From positions 96,001 to 160,000 of the forward strand of contig JAWLBL010000013.1 of NCBI GenBank assembly GCA_041687695.1: 64,000 bases of DNA, given 5' to 3'. The DNA is from Myxococcota bacterium (GTDB lineage: Bacteria > Myxococcota_A > UBA9042 > PHBI01 > JAWLBL01). A program made the translations under genes and the position numbers. Positions within the stretch are counted from its first letter, which is position 1. Each line of letters starts with the position of its first letter. This document shows, in pieces, positions 41,102 to 50,413 of the stretch. The notes under the pieces were generated by a model. The model was not told where the DNA came from, made no database searches, and saw only the letters and a list, made by a program, of their open reading frames with translations.

Positions 41102-41881
41102 CTACAGGTGGAAGGTCACCTGGGCGGTCGGCAGGAAGATGAAGGCGTCGGGCGACTCGACCGGCGTCCCGGTGTAGCCCTTGTCCCAGTTGGCGAACCA
41201 CTCCTTCCAGTCCGGGAACATGAATTTGAAGTCCACGCCCAGCGACACCCGCTGGGCCACCATGTAGTTGAAGGCGACGCCGGTCGACAGGTTGGTGCCG
41301 TCCCAGCCCTTGCCGTCGTCCTCGTCGTCGGTGCCCACGATGAAGCGCTGCACCTCGGGCGCCGGGTGGTAGCCGCCGATGGAGTAGCCGTAGCCGAAGG
41401 AGACGTCGACGTCCCAGGGCCGCTCCTGGAAGGGGATCCAGAACTGGGCCGGGTGGATGCGCACGGCGCCGCCGACGTGGCCGGCGCCAGCGTCCCCGTC
41501 CAGGTCGCCGTGGCCGAGCACGCTGGCCTCGAGCGAGGCGTAACCCAGGATGTTGTAGCCGATGCGCAGCTGGAACGAGAGACCGCTGCCGAAGTCGGTG
41601 CGGACGAGCTCGGCGCGGGCCTCTTCGACCGTGTAGCCGGGGATGTTCGAAGGGATCGGCTTGCAGTTCGTCGTGCCCTTGCTCCACAGGAAGACTTCGG
41701 GGCTGTATCCGCAGGGTGCGGGTACGTCGAAGAGCGTCCCCTGCTCGCCCGAGACCACCGCCCCGCCGAGCCCGAAGCTGAGGTACAGGCCGTCCCTCAT
41801 CGACTGCGCGGCCGCCGGCGCGGGGGCGAGCGAGGCGGTCAGCAGGGCGGCTCCGGCGAGGGGGGCGGACAGGCGGGGCAT
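41102..41881 (-). CDS. Outer-membrane beta-barrel protein
   Basis: Signal peptide APAAAQ; LRIGYNILGYASLE; C-terminal VTFHL. Confidence 0.75.
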   Translation of the reverse strand: MPRLSAPLAGAALLTASLAPAPAAAQSMRDGLYLSFGLGGAVVSGEQGTLFDVPAPCGYSPEVFLWSKGTTNCKPIPSNIPGYTVEEARAELVRTDFGSGLSFQLRIGYNILGYASLEASVLGHGDLDGDAGAGHVGGAVRIHPAQFWIPFQERPWDVDVSFGYGYSIGGYHPAPEVQRFIVGTDDEDDGKGWDGTNLSTGVAFNYMVAQRVSLGVDFKFMFPDWKEWFANWDKGYTGTPVESPDAFIFLPTAQVTFHL

Positions 41882-41934
41882 GGGCGGGCTCCGGGAGACT
41901 CTTGGCCGCCGGGGCCGCGGCCCGCGGGCGGCTG

Positions 41935-41986
41935 TTGCCAGGGTTCGGGTGCCGCCGCTATAGTCCGCCGACTGAGCCACCGTCAA
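41935..41986. promoter_or_regulatory. Divergent sigma70 promoters with overlapping -10 elements
   Basis: + TTGCCA-N18-TATAGT; - TTGACG-N18-TATAGC. Confidence 0.55.
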
Positions 41987-42016
41987 TCGGGCTCCTGCGA
42001 AAACGCCGCAGGGGGT

Positions 42017-42892
42017 GTGACCGTGAACACGTCTCCGTTCCGCCGCGTCCCGGACGCCGCCCGCCTGACCGCGGCCGGCTCGGAGTGCCTCGTGATGCTC
42101 CGCGGGCCCACCCTCGGCCGCAAGCTGGACCTCGGCCCCGACCGCGTGACCATCGGCCGCGACCTCGACAACCACGTCGTGCTCGACGCCGACCACGTCT
42201 CGCGCTTCCACGCGGCCATCGAGGTCGACGCCCTCCACCGCGTCGTCAGCGACCTCGGCTCCACCAACGGCACCTGGGTCAACGACCGCCAGGTCGACCG
42301 CCAGCGCCTGCACCCCGGCGACCTCATCCAGATCGGCGAGGTCGTCTTCAAGTACCTCGCCGGCCGCGACGTCGAGGCGGCCTACCACGAGGAGATCTAC
42401 CAGATGGCCATCACCGACGGCCTCACGTCGGTGCCCAACTCCCGCTTCCTCGCGCAGTTCCTCGAGCGCGAGATGTCGCGCTCGCGCCGCTACGGCCGCG
42501 ACCTCAGCCTGCTCTTCATCGACGCCGACAAGTTCAAGGAGGTCAACACCCGCCTTGGCCACGTCGTCGGCGACCAGCTGCTGCGCGAGCTGGCCCACGT
42601 CCTCGAGGCCGGCGTCGGCCGCGAGGAGCTGTGCGCGCGCTACGGCGGCGAGGAGTTCGTCATCGTCCTGCCCGAGGTCCCGCTCGCCCAGGCCGTGACC
42701 CAGGCCGAGGCCATCCGCCGCGCCGTCGAGGCGCACCGCTTCACCCACGGCGACGAGTTGGTCCCCGTGACCGTCAGCGTCGGCGTCGCCGCCTTCGAGC
42801 CAGACATGCGGCGCCCCGAGGACCTCGTCCGCGCCGCCGACGCCAAGCTGCACCGCGCCAAGGACGGCGGCCGCAACCGCGTCGTGTCGTGA
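42017..42892 (+). CDS. FHA-domain diguanylate cyclase
   Basis: IGR, VSRFHA, DLGSTNGT; TDGLT, DADKFKEVN, RYGGEEF, AKDGGRNRV; start could be 42023. Confidence 0.92.
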   Translation: MTVNTSPFRRVPDAARLTAAGSECLVMLRGPTLGRKLDLGPDRVTIGRDLDNHVVLDADHVSRFHAAIEVDALHRVVSDLGSTNGTWVNDRQVDRQRLHPGDLIQIGEVVFKYLAGRDVEAAYHEEIYQMAITDGLTSVPNSRFLAQFLEREMSRSRRYGRDLSLLFIDADKFKEVNTRLGHVVGDQLLRELAHVLEAGVGREELCARYGGEEFVIVLPEVPLAQAVTQAEAIRRAVEAHRFTHGDELVPVTVSVGVAAFEPDMRRPEDLVRAADAKLHRAKDGGRNRVVS

Positions 42893-42920
42893 CCCGCCCC
42901 ATGACGACGACGACGCCCGA

Positions 42921-45900
42921 ATGACCGCCCGCCGCCTCCGCTTCGCGCTCATCGGCCTGTTCGCCCTGTGGGCCGCCTGCGATCTCGGCGCCCCCGACGG
43001 CGGCGGCCAGGGCTGCGTGCGCGTCCACCAGGGCCAGGGCTACCAGTTCCCGCTCAAGCGCGTCCTGCAGGGCGCCCTGTCGGTCGTGGTCACCCAGGAC
43101 GGCGTCGACTTCCTGACCGAGCGCATCCGCGACCTCGTCCTCGCCTTCTTCGACGCCGACGAGAGCGGCCACGCCGTCGTCCCCCTCGACACCCTGGGCC
43201 TCGGCGACCTCTCGACCGAGCTCGGCCCCCTCAAGGGCAACGTCCGCGACCTCGTCGTCACCCTCGACCTCGCCTCCCTCTCGGTCGAGCTCGTCCCCGG
43301 CACCCAGCCCGCCCGCCTGCGCATCTCGGTCCAGGACGCCGTCGTCGGCCTCGCCTCCGGCACCGTCGCCGGCGAGGTCAACGCCCTCGGCTTCAAGGGC
43401 GACCTCGCCTGCGGCCTCGGCAACGGCAAGCTCGGCCACGTCGCCGTGCTCTCCTTCGATCTCGAGCTCGCCCTCGGCACCACCGACGACGGCGTCCTCG
43501 ACGTGCAGGTCCTCTCCCTGACCTCGGACGTCAAGGACGTCTCCCTCGCCGTCCTCACCGACTGCACCCTGCCCGAGTGCCTCGACGGCCTGACCCCGCC
43601 CGCCGAGGGCGAGTGCGGCGAGTGCAAGACCGCCTGCGGCGCCGCCGGCCTCGCCGCCGATCTGGCCAGCATCCTCCACGACATCTTCGACCAGCTCATC
43701 GACGATCTCGTCGGCTGGCTCGCCGACGACCTCGCCAACCTCCTGCTCGATCTCCTCCTCAACGGCCGCCCCCTCGCCGTCGAAGGCCGCCTCGACGTCG
43801 CCGCCCTCGCGTCCCCGCTGCTGCCCTACCTCGCCTCGGCCAGCCCCCTCGACGTCCTCGGCCGCCCCGGCGCCGAGGCCTTCCAGGTCCTGCCCGACCT
43901 CGGCGGCGCCGCCCTGCAGGTCACCCTCGACGCCGGCGCCGACAGCGCCCCGGTCCACCCCTGCGTCGCCCCGGTCGGCGCCGAGCCCATCTTCTCGCCC
44001 GGCCCGGTCCCCGCCTTCCCGGAGCTGGCCACCGGCGCCGACGGCGTCCCCGCCCCCTACCACGTCGGCCTCGCCACCAGCGCCGCCCTGGTCAACGAGG
44101 CCGTCTGGGCCGCCTACAAGTCCGGCGCCCTCTGCATCGCCCTCACCACCGACGACCTCGCCACCCTCTCCGGCGGCCGCCTCGTCCTCACCGCGCGCCT
44201 GCTCGACCTCCTGCTCCCCGGCGCCGCCCACGTCGCCGGCCCCGACGCCCCGGTCCGCGTCGTCGTCAAGCCCCGCCTCGACGCCGCCGCCATGCCCGTC
44301 GTCCGCTTCGGCGACGGCCAGGCCACCCCGACCCTGCAGGTCCAGCTCTCCCAGGCCTCCGTCGCCCTCGACCTCCTGGTCGCCGACCAGTGGCTCCGCG
44401 CCATCGCCTTCCGCGCCGACCTCGCCCTGGGCCTGTCCATCGACGCCCTCTCCGACGCCCGCCTCGGCCTGCGCCTCGCCGACGTCGCCCTGACCGGCCT
44501 CAGCCTGCCCGACAACGAGATCTTCGCGGCCGCCCGCATGGACCTCATCGCCCCCTTCGTCGTCGACCTCGCCCTGGGCGTCCTGGGCCAGATGCCCATC
44601 CAGCTCGATCTCGCCACCACCGGCCTCGCCCCCGAGCTGCTGGGCGTCCCGGTCGAGCCGGTCGTCCGCGCCATCACCTCCGCCGGCCCCGACGACGGCT
44701 GGCTGCACGTCCTGGTCGCCCTCCAGGACCCCGCCCCGCCGCCCGCCCCGCTGACCCCGCAGGCCTTCCGCTTCCGCGAGCCCACCCCCGGCCAGCTCTG
44801 GTTCCAGGTCGACGCCCCCGCCGGCCACGAGGTGCAGCTGCGCGTGGCCGGCGGCTCCTGGTCGCGCTGGTTCCCCGCGCAGGGCGAGCACCGCCTGACC
44901 CACCCGCGCCTGTGGCTGACCGGCCGCCTGTCGCTCGAGGCCCGCCTGCGCCGCGCCGGCGGCACCCCAGGCCCGGCCATCGAAGCCGGGCAGGTCGACG
45001 TTCACGCGCCCGCCCCCGCCGAGCCGTCCGCGCCCGAACCCGAGGCGCCCGAGCCCGAGCCCGAGCCCCAGGCCGACGCGCCCGCTCCGCACGACGGCTG
45101 CTCGGGAGGCGACGCCGCGCCGACGACCCTCTGGCTCGTCCTCGTCGTTTGGCTGGTCCGCCGCCGCTCCGTCCGCCTCGTCGCCCTCGCGCTCGCGTTC
45201 GGCGCCTGCGCCGACGAGGCGGTCGCCCCCGCCAGCGTCTGCTCCTGGCACGACCAGTGCCCCGACGGCTTCTTGTGCGGCCCCGAGGGCCGCTGCGTGG
45301 GCGCCGACCCGTGCGCCGCCGACGCCGACTGCTGCCCCGGCGCCACCTGCTTCCGCGGCTGGTGTCGCCCCACGGACCAGTGCGACGCCCAGCGCCCCTG
45401 CGAGCGCCTGGGCACCGTCTGCGAAGCCGGCCAGTGCGCCCCGGCGCCCTGCGAGGCCGACCTCGACTGCCCCAGCCCCCTGCGCTGCGCCGCCGGCCGC
45501 TGCCTGGGCGCGCCTCCCTGCGACGGCGCCTGCCCCGAGGGCACCGCCTGCCACCTCGCCAGCGGCCGCTGCCTGCCGGCGCCCGCCTGCGCGGCGCTGT
45601 GCGGCCCCGACCAGGTCCCCACCGTCGCCGAGGCCCCGCCGGTCCCGGCCCTGCGCTGCGCCGCCGAGCACCCCTGCGCCTGCGCGACCCTGCCGCGCGT
45701 GCTGCCGGGCTTCCCTGGCTTCGAGGGCCGCCTGCTCGCCACCCCCAGCCAGCCCGTCGTCGTCAGCTACGAGCCCACCTACGGCGACCTCGTCCTGTCG
45801 CGCTTGACCGTCGGCGACCCGGACCGCGACGACCTGGCCCTCGACGGCGTGCCCGACGTGCCACCCCTCGGCGACGTGACCGGCTACCGCGCCGGCGTGG

Positions 45901-47078
45901 CCGCCCCTGGGCCCGATCGCGGCCGCCGCCCCGCCGTGGCTTGGGCGACCACGCCCACCGGCGTCCTGGTCGACGTGCTGTACCGCGACGAGGACGAGGG
46001 CGCGCTGCGTTACCTGCGGGTCCGCCCGGCCGACGGCAAGGTCGTCGCCCGCTCGCGCGTGCCGATCCCGGGCGACGCGGGCCGCTACTCGTGCCTGGTC
46101 CGCGAGCACGGCACGGGCCAGCTCACCGGCCTGGCCTTCGTCGCCGCCGATCCGACCGACTCGGTGGCCCGCCTGGTGCGCCTGCGCGCCACCACCGACG
46201 CCCCCGACGACGACGGCGACTGGGAGGTCGTCACCGTCCTCGAGCGCCCGCTGCCCGCGCGCGACCCGGCGCCCTGCGGGGACGCCTGCGGGCCCCTCGA
46301 GCTGTGCGGCCGCCTGCCCGACGGCGATCGCTGCGTCCCCGCCTTCGACGGCCTGTCCTGCGAGCAGGCCTGCCCGGCGCACCACCTCTGCCACGTCCCC
46401 GACGAGGCCGGCGCCGCCCCCACCTGCGTCCCGCGCGTCCACCGGACCCACGCGGCCGATCGGCTGCCCTTCGGCCGGGGCCTGTTCGTCTCGTGCGCCG
46501 CCGGGCCGGCGGGCGTGGTCGCCGCCTGGTACGACGCGGACCACGGCCTGGTCGAGTCGGCGCGGGCCCCGTTCGCCGGCGCGCCCATCGCGATCGTCGA
46601 CGGCACCGCGGCGGCCCACGACGTGCCCGATCTGGGCCACCACGTCCGCGTGGCCCTGCGCGAGGACGGCGCCGCCGCCGTGGCCTACCACGACGCCACC
46701 CACGGGCGCCTGTGGCTCGCCGAGCAGGCCTCCGCCTTCGCCCCCTGGCAGGCGACGCTGGTGCACGAGGCGACCGGCGTCGACGCCCGCGCGCTGGGCG
46801 CCTGGCCGGCCCTCGTCTACGATGCCGGGGGTCAACCGACCCTCGCTCATGCCGATGCCACACGCGCCAACGTGCTGCTCGCCCGGCGGGACGCGGCCGG
46901 ATGCTGGAAGCAGGTCGAGGTCCTGTCCTCGGGCGGCTGGATCGCGCCCGATCTGGCGCTCGCGCCCGACGGCCAGCTCTTCGTGTCGGCCCTGCGCCTC
47001 GGCTTCACGCCCGCCTTGGCGCCGGACCACGAGCTGCGGCTGCTGCGTGTGCCGCCGCCGACCTGCGGCGGCGATTGA
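42921..47078 (+). CDS. Large bipartite lipoprotein (BPI/LBP-like half + internal MYXO-CTERM-like tag + second lipobox + Cys-rich/propeller-like half)
   Basis: 1385-aa uninterrupted ORF; LWAAC at N-terminus; internal GCSGG..LWLVLVVWLVRRR then VRLVALALAFGAC. Confidence 0.8.
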   Translation: MTARRLRFALIGLFALWAACDLGAPDGGGQGCVRVHQGQGYQFPLKRVLQGALSVVVTQDGVDFLTERIRDLVLAFFDADESGHAVVPLDTLGLGDLSTELGPLKGNVRDLVVTLDLASLSVELVPGTQPARLRISVQDAVVGLASGTVAGEVNALGFKGDLACGLGNGKLGHVAVLSFDLELALGTTDDGVLDVQVLSLTSDVKDVSLAVLTDCTLPECLDGLTPPAEGECGECKTACGAAGLAADLASILHDIFDQLIDDLVGWLADDLANLLLDLLLNGRPLAVEGRLDVAALASPLLPYLASASPLDVLGRPGAEAFQVLPDLGGAALQVTLDAGADSAPVHPCVAPVGAEPIFSPGPVPAFPELATGADGVPAPYHVGLATSAALVNEAVWAAYKSGALCIALTTDDLATLSGGRLVLTARLLDLLLPGAAHVAGPDAPVRVVVKPRLDAAAMPVVRFGDGQATPTLQVQLSQASVALDLLVADQWLRAIAFRADLALGLSIDALSDARLGLRLADVALTGLSLPDNEIFAAARMDLIAPFVVDLALGVLGQMPIQLDLATTGLAPELLGVPVEPVVRAITSAGPDDGWLHVLVALQDPAPPPAPLTPQAFRFREPTPGQLWFQVDAPAGHEVQLRVAGGSWSRWFPAQGEHRLTHPRLWLTGRLSLEARLRRAGGTPGPAIEAGQVDVHAPAPAEPSAPEPEAPEPEPEPQADAPAPHDGCSGGDAAPTTLWLVLVVWLVRRRSVRLVALALAFGACADEAVAPASVCSWHDQCPDGFLCGPEGRCVGADPCAADADCCPGATCFRGWCRPTDQCDAQRPCERLGTVCEAGQCAPAPCEADLDCPSPLRCAAGRCLGAPPCDGACPEGTACHLASGRCLPAPACAALCGPDQVPTVAEAPPVPALRCAAEHPCACATLPRVLPGFPGFEGRLLATPSQPVVVSYEPTYGDLVLSRLTVGDPDRDDLALDGVPDVPPLGDVTGYRAGVAAPGPDRGRRPAVAWATTPTGVLVDVLYRDEDEGALRYLRVRPADGKVVARSRVPIPGDAGRYSCLVREHGTGQLTGLAFVAADPTDSVARLVRLRATTDAPDDDGDWEVVTVLERPLPARDPAPCGDACGPLELCGRLPDGDRCVPAFDGLSCEQACPAHHLCHVPDEAGAAPTCVPRVHRTHAADRLPFGRGLFVSCAAGPAGVVAAWYDADHGLVESARAPFAGAPIAIVDGTAAAHDVPDLGHHVRVALREDGAAAVAYHDATHGRLWLAEQASAFAPWQATLVHEATGVDARALGAWPALVYDAGGQPTLAHADATRANVLLARRDAAGCWKQVEVLSSGGWIAPDLALAPDGQLFVSALRLGFTPALAPDHELRLLRVPPPTCGGD

Positions 47079-47087
47079 CCCGCGTCG

Positions 47088-47113
47088 GGAACGTCCGCCC
47101 AATAGGATGCGTT
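47088..47113 (+). promoter_or_regulatory. ECF-sigma-like promoter upstream of hrcA
   Basis: GGAAC-N17-CGTT. Confidence 0.4.
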
Positions 47114-47154
47114 GGCGGTAGGCGAGACAGAGTTCCTTCAAGCCCGGTAGCCCG

Positions 47155-48228
47155 ATGTCGAACGAGCAGAGACGGCGCGAGCGCGAGCGCCGCATCCTGA
47201 GGGAGATCGTCGAGATCCACATCGAGACCGGCCAGGCGGTCGGCTCGAAGGTGGTGGCCGAGCGCCTGGGCGGCCGCCTGTCGTCGGCGTCCATCCGCGC
47301 CGTGATGAACGAGCTCGACACACGCGGCGTGCTCAGCCAGCCGCACACCTCGGCCGGCCGGGTCCCGACCGACCTGGGTTATCGCCAGTACCTCGAGGGG
47401 CTCGACCCGCGTCGGCTGCAGATGCCCGACCGCAGCGAGCTCGAGGCCCTGGCCTGGCACGCCTCGCAGACCGTGCTGGGCCTGCTGAAGGAGGCGGCGT
47501 CCTTTTTGTCGGACCGCCTGGGCATCGCGGGCCTCATCGCCGCGCCGCGGCTCGAGCACGCGGTGCTGCAGCACATCGAGTTCGTGTGGCTGCGTCGCGG
47601 GTCGGTCCTGGCCATCGTGGTCACGCGCGCGGGGCTGGTCCACGAGCGCCTGCTGGCCGCCGACCCGCAGCTCGAGCGCGAGATGTGCGAGGCGCTCAAC
47701 AACTACTTGAACAGCTTCTTGAGCGGCAAGACGCTGGCCCAGGTGCGCCAGCGCATCGAGGAGGAGCAGCGCCGCGACCGCGAGACGCTGGGCGAGCTCG
47801 AGGCGCGCGCCCTGGATCTGGCCGGGCGGGCGCTGGCCGACGCCGAAGGCGCCGAGGTGGTGGTCGACGGCGCGGCGAGCATCCTCGAGCTCCGCGAGTT
47901 CGCCGAGCCCGGCGTCGCCGCCGAGCTGGTGCGCACGCTGGACCGGCGCGAGGTCTGGTTGCGGCTGCTCGACCGGGTCGAGGACGCCCACGACACCAAG
48001 ATCTATCTCGGGGGCGAGGTCGGCGCGCCGCTCGACGAGTGCTCGTTCGTCGCCGCCGGCTATGGCGGCCCGTCCGGCTCGGGGCTGGTGGGCGTGCTCG
48101 GGCCCAAGCGGCTGGACTACCGCCGCGCCATCCCGCTGGTGGGGCTGGTCGCCGGTCGGCTCGGGGCGCTGCTCGACGCCGCCGAGGCGGACCCGGACGA
48201 TCCGGAGCGCGATCCGACCCTGCACTGA
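47155..48228 (+). CDS. hrcA: Heat-inducible transcription repressor
   Basis: ILREIVEIHIETGQAVGSK, SSASIRAVMNEL, QPHTSAGRVPTDLGYR, GVLGPKRLDY. Confidence 0.95.
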   Translation: MSNEQRRRERERRILREIVEIHIETGQAVGSKVVAERLGGRLSSASIRAVMNELDTRGVLSQPHTSAGRVPTDLGYRQYLEGLDPRRLQMPDRSELEALAWHASQTVLGLLKEAASFLSDRLGIAGLIAAPRLEHAVLQHIEFVWLRRGSVLAIVVTRAGLVHERLLAADPQLEREMCEALNNYLNSFLSGKTLAQVRQRIEEEQRRDRETLGELEARALDLAGRALADAEGAEVVVDGAASILELREFAEPGVAAELVRTLDRREVWLRLLDRVEDAHDTKIYLGGEVGAPLDECSFVAAGYGGPSGSGLVGVLGPKRLDYRRAIPLVGLVAGRLGALLDAAEADPDDPERDPTLH

Positions 48229-48346
48229 GCGCGGGCAGCCGTCCGCGCGCCAGTTACCAAAGGGGCGCGAACCGGGCCGCGTGCGCTTGCCGCGCCGGGT
48301 TATCGCGTGTCATCTTCCGGGGCGTCGGATGACCGGGAGCGTGCGC

Positions 48347-49180
48347 ATGACGGGCGGCGAGGGACACGATCAGGACGAGACCGAGGGGCTCGGCCGCGTC
48401 CACCACATCGAGCTCGAGGAGGTCGGGGACGTCGACCTGATGGCGCTGCTCGACGAGGTCACGGAGCAGCTCGACGAGGAGACGGCGGCGGCCCGTCCGC
48501 GTCCTCCCGCCGACGAGGCGAACCGCGCGCGCGTGACGACGACGCCCGGGGCCGCCCGGACCCGCGTCCCGACGGCCCCGAGCGGGGCGCCGCGGGCCGA
48601 GGCGGGCGCCGACGGCCGGCCGCCCATCCGCGGCAAGGTGGTCGACGAGTCGTTCAAGGTGCGCGAGCTGGAGCGGCGCCTGACCGAGGCGACCAGCGAG
48701 ACCGAGGGCTGGCGCAAGCGCATGGGGCAGATGACGGCCGAGACGGCCAGCTACCGCCGGCGGCTCGAGGAGCAGGCGGGCGCCGCGCGGCTGAGCGGGC
48801 GCGAGGACGTCTTCCGGATGCTCATGCCCATCCTCGACGGGCTCGAGGCCGGGCTGGCCTCGTCCCAGCGCACCCGCGACTTCGACAGCCTGTTCAAGGG
48901 CCTCGAGATGGTCCTCAAGCAGCTGCAAGGCGAGCTGCGCCAGCTGGGCCTCGAGGGTGTCGCCGGCGAAGGGCAGCCCTTCGATCCGACCTGCCAGGAG
49001 GCGATGCGGCAGGTGCACACGGGCGGGGCGTCGCCGGGCACCGTCGTGGACGTGGTCCGGCGCGGCTACCGGCTGAAGGAGCGCCTGCTGCGCCCGGCGA
49101 TGGTGGTGGTCGAGGGTCCGGCCGAAGAGCCGAAGCCCGAGGCGGCCGCGGAGCCGGCCGAGGAGCCCGCGGAGGGCTGA
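48347..49180 (+). CDS. grpE: Nucleotide exchange factor GrpE with long N-terminal extension
   Basis: LMPILDGLE, GQPFDPTCQEAM, RGYRLKERLLRPAMVVV; start could be 48329. Confidence 0.88.
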   Translation: MTGGEGHDQDETEGLGRVHHIELEEVGDVDLMALLDEVTEQLDEETAAARPRPPADEANRARVTTTPGAARTRVPTAPSGAPRAEAGADGRPPIRGKVVDESFKVRELERRLTEATSETEGWRKRMGQMTAETASYRRRLEEQAGAARLSGREDVFRMLMPILDGLEAGLASSQRTRDFDSLFKGLEMVLKQLQGELRQLGLEGVAGEGQPFDPTCQEAMRQVHTGGASPGTVVDVVRRGYRLKERLLRPAMVVVEGPAEEPKPEAAAEPAEEPAEG

Positions 49181-49335
49181 GGGCCGTGGCCGTGGCCGTG
49201 AGCCGAGACTGTGGCCGTGAGCCGAGGCCGAAGCTGTGAGCGGTGGCCGTGGCCGAGGCCGTGGCCGTGAGCCGAGGCCGAGGCCGTGGCCGAGGACCGT
49301 GAGCCGTGGCCGTGGGACCGTGGAGCCGTGACGCT
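49181..49335. repeat. Degenerate hexamer tandem repeat (GCCGTG/GCCGAG)n
   Basis: About 155 bp intergenic run of GCCGTG, GCCGAG and GCCGTGAGCCGAG units. Confidence 0.85.
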
Positions 49336-49348
49336 GAGCGCCCGCGCA

Positions 49349-49377
49349 TTGACACCCCTCGGGGGCGCTGCTAACAC
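49349..49377 (+). promoter_or_regulatory. Sigma70-type promoter for bamD (very short leader)
   Basis: TTGACA-N17-TAACAC, 9 nt before ATG, no SD. Confidence 0.55.
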
Positions 49378-49386
49378 GCGCCGGTC

Positions 49387-50325
49387 ATGTCGAAGCTCGC
49401 CCCGCGCTCGCGCCTGTCCTCCCTGGCCACCGCCGCCCTCGTCGCCCTGCTCGGGCTCGCCGAGGCCTGCGGCGGGACCACGGCCGCGACCACCGGCCGC
49501 CCCACCGACGTCGCCGAGTCGGCGCGCCAGACCTACTTCACCGCCATGGAGGAGCTGGTCGGCGGCAACTACGTCCGGGCGATCGAGCTCTTCAACCGCG
49601 TCGCGCGGACGCCGCGCTACCTGCGCTACTCGGCCCTGGCGCGGCTGCGCATCGCCGACGCCATGTTCATGCAGGACCGCTACCAGGAGGCCATCGAGGC
49701 CTACCGGCAGTTCCTGGCGCAGCACGAGGGCGACCCCAACGTTCCCTACGCGCGCTTCCGCATCGCGGCCAGCTACTTCCGGCGTCGCCCGACGGACTGG
49801 TTCGCCTCGCCCGACGCCAGCGAGTTCGATCAGACGCTGACGATGCAGGCCGAGCGCGAGCTGAGCCGCTTCATCGACACCTTCCCGACCAGCCCCTACG
49901 CCGACGAGGCGCGGCAGATGCGCGCCGAGGCGCGGCGCCTGATGTTCGACCACGAGGTCTACATCGCCGACTTCTACGCCGATCGCGACAAGTGGCGCGC
50001 GACGGCCTGGCGCCTCGATCACGCCGCGACGACCTACCCCGAGTTCGTGGACGAGGCCTTCCTGTGGCGCATCGCGCAGGCCTACGCCTCGGCGGGTGAC
50101 ACGTCGGACGCGGCGCGGATGTACGCGACCTACCTCGAGCGCTTCCCCGACGCGCCGCGCACCGAGACGGCGCGGCAGCGTCTGCAGGCCATCCGCGCCG
50201 AGTACGACCTCCGCCTGCGCCAGGCGCCGGCCCCGACGCCCCCGGCGCCCGAGCCCGACGAGGCCCCGGAGGCCCCCGAGGCCGACGAGGCGCCCGAGGC
50301 CGACGACGCGCCCGAAGACGAATAA
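49387..50325 (+). CDS. bamD: Outer-membrane assembly lipoprotein BamD
   Basis: Lipobox LAEAC; TPRs; ARLRIADAMF, FLAQHEGDPNVPYA, DQT, FPTSPYA, HEVYIADFY. Confidence 0.88.
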   Translation: MSKLAPRSRLSSLATAALVALLGLAEACGGTTAATTGRPTDVAESARQTYFTAMEELVGGNYVRAIELFNRVARTPRYLRYSALARLRIADAMFMQDRYQEAIEAYRQFLAQHEGDPNVPYARFRIAASYFRRRPTDWFASPDASEFDQTLTMQAERELSRFIDTFPTSPYADEARQMRAEARRLMFDHEVYIADFYADRDKWRATAWRLDHAATTYPEFVDEAFLWRIAQAYASAGDTSDAARMYATYLERFPDAPRTETARQRLQAIRAEYDLRLRQAPAPTPPAPEPDEAPEAPEADEAPEADDAPEDE

Positions 50326-50413
50326 GGCACTTGACCTCGGGCGGCCGGCGTGGTGCCTTCCGCCCGCTCTCTCACCTGTCCTCCGATTAGGGAAGCACCA
50401 AAGGAGACCCCAG

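Noticed and set aside
49181..49335. CRISPR array
   Set aside because: The units are 6-13 nt with no unique spacers, and there are no cas genes.
49349..49374. CIRCE-like TTGACACCC...CGCTGCTAA near hrcA-grpE
   Set aside because: The spacer is 8 rather than 9 nt and the arms match 6/9 each. It is better explained as the bamD -35/-10 promoter.
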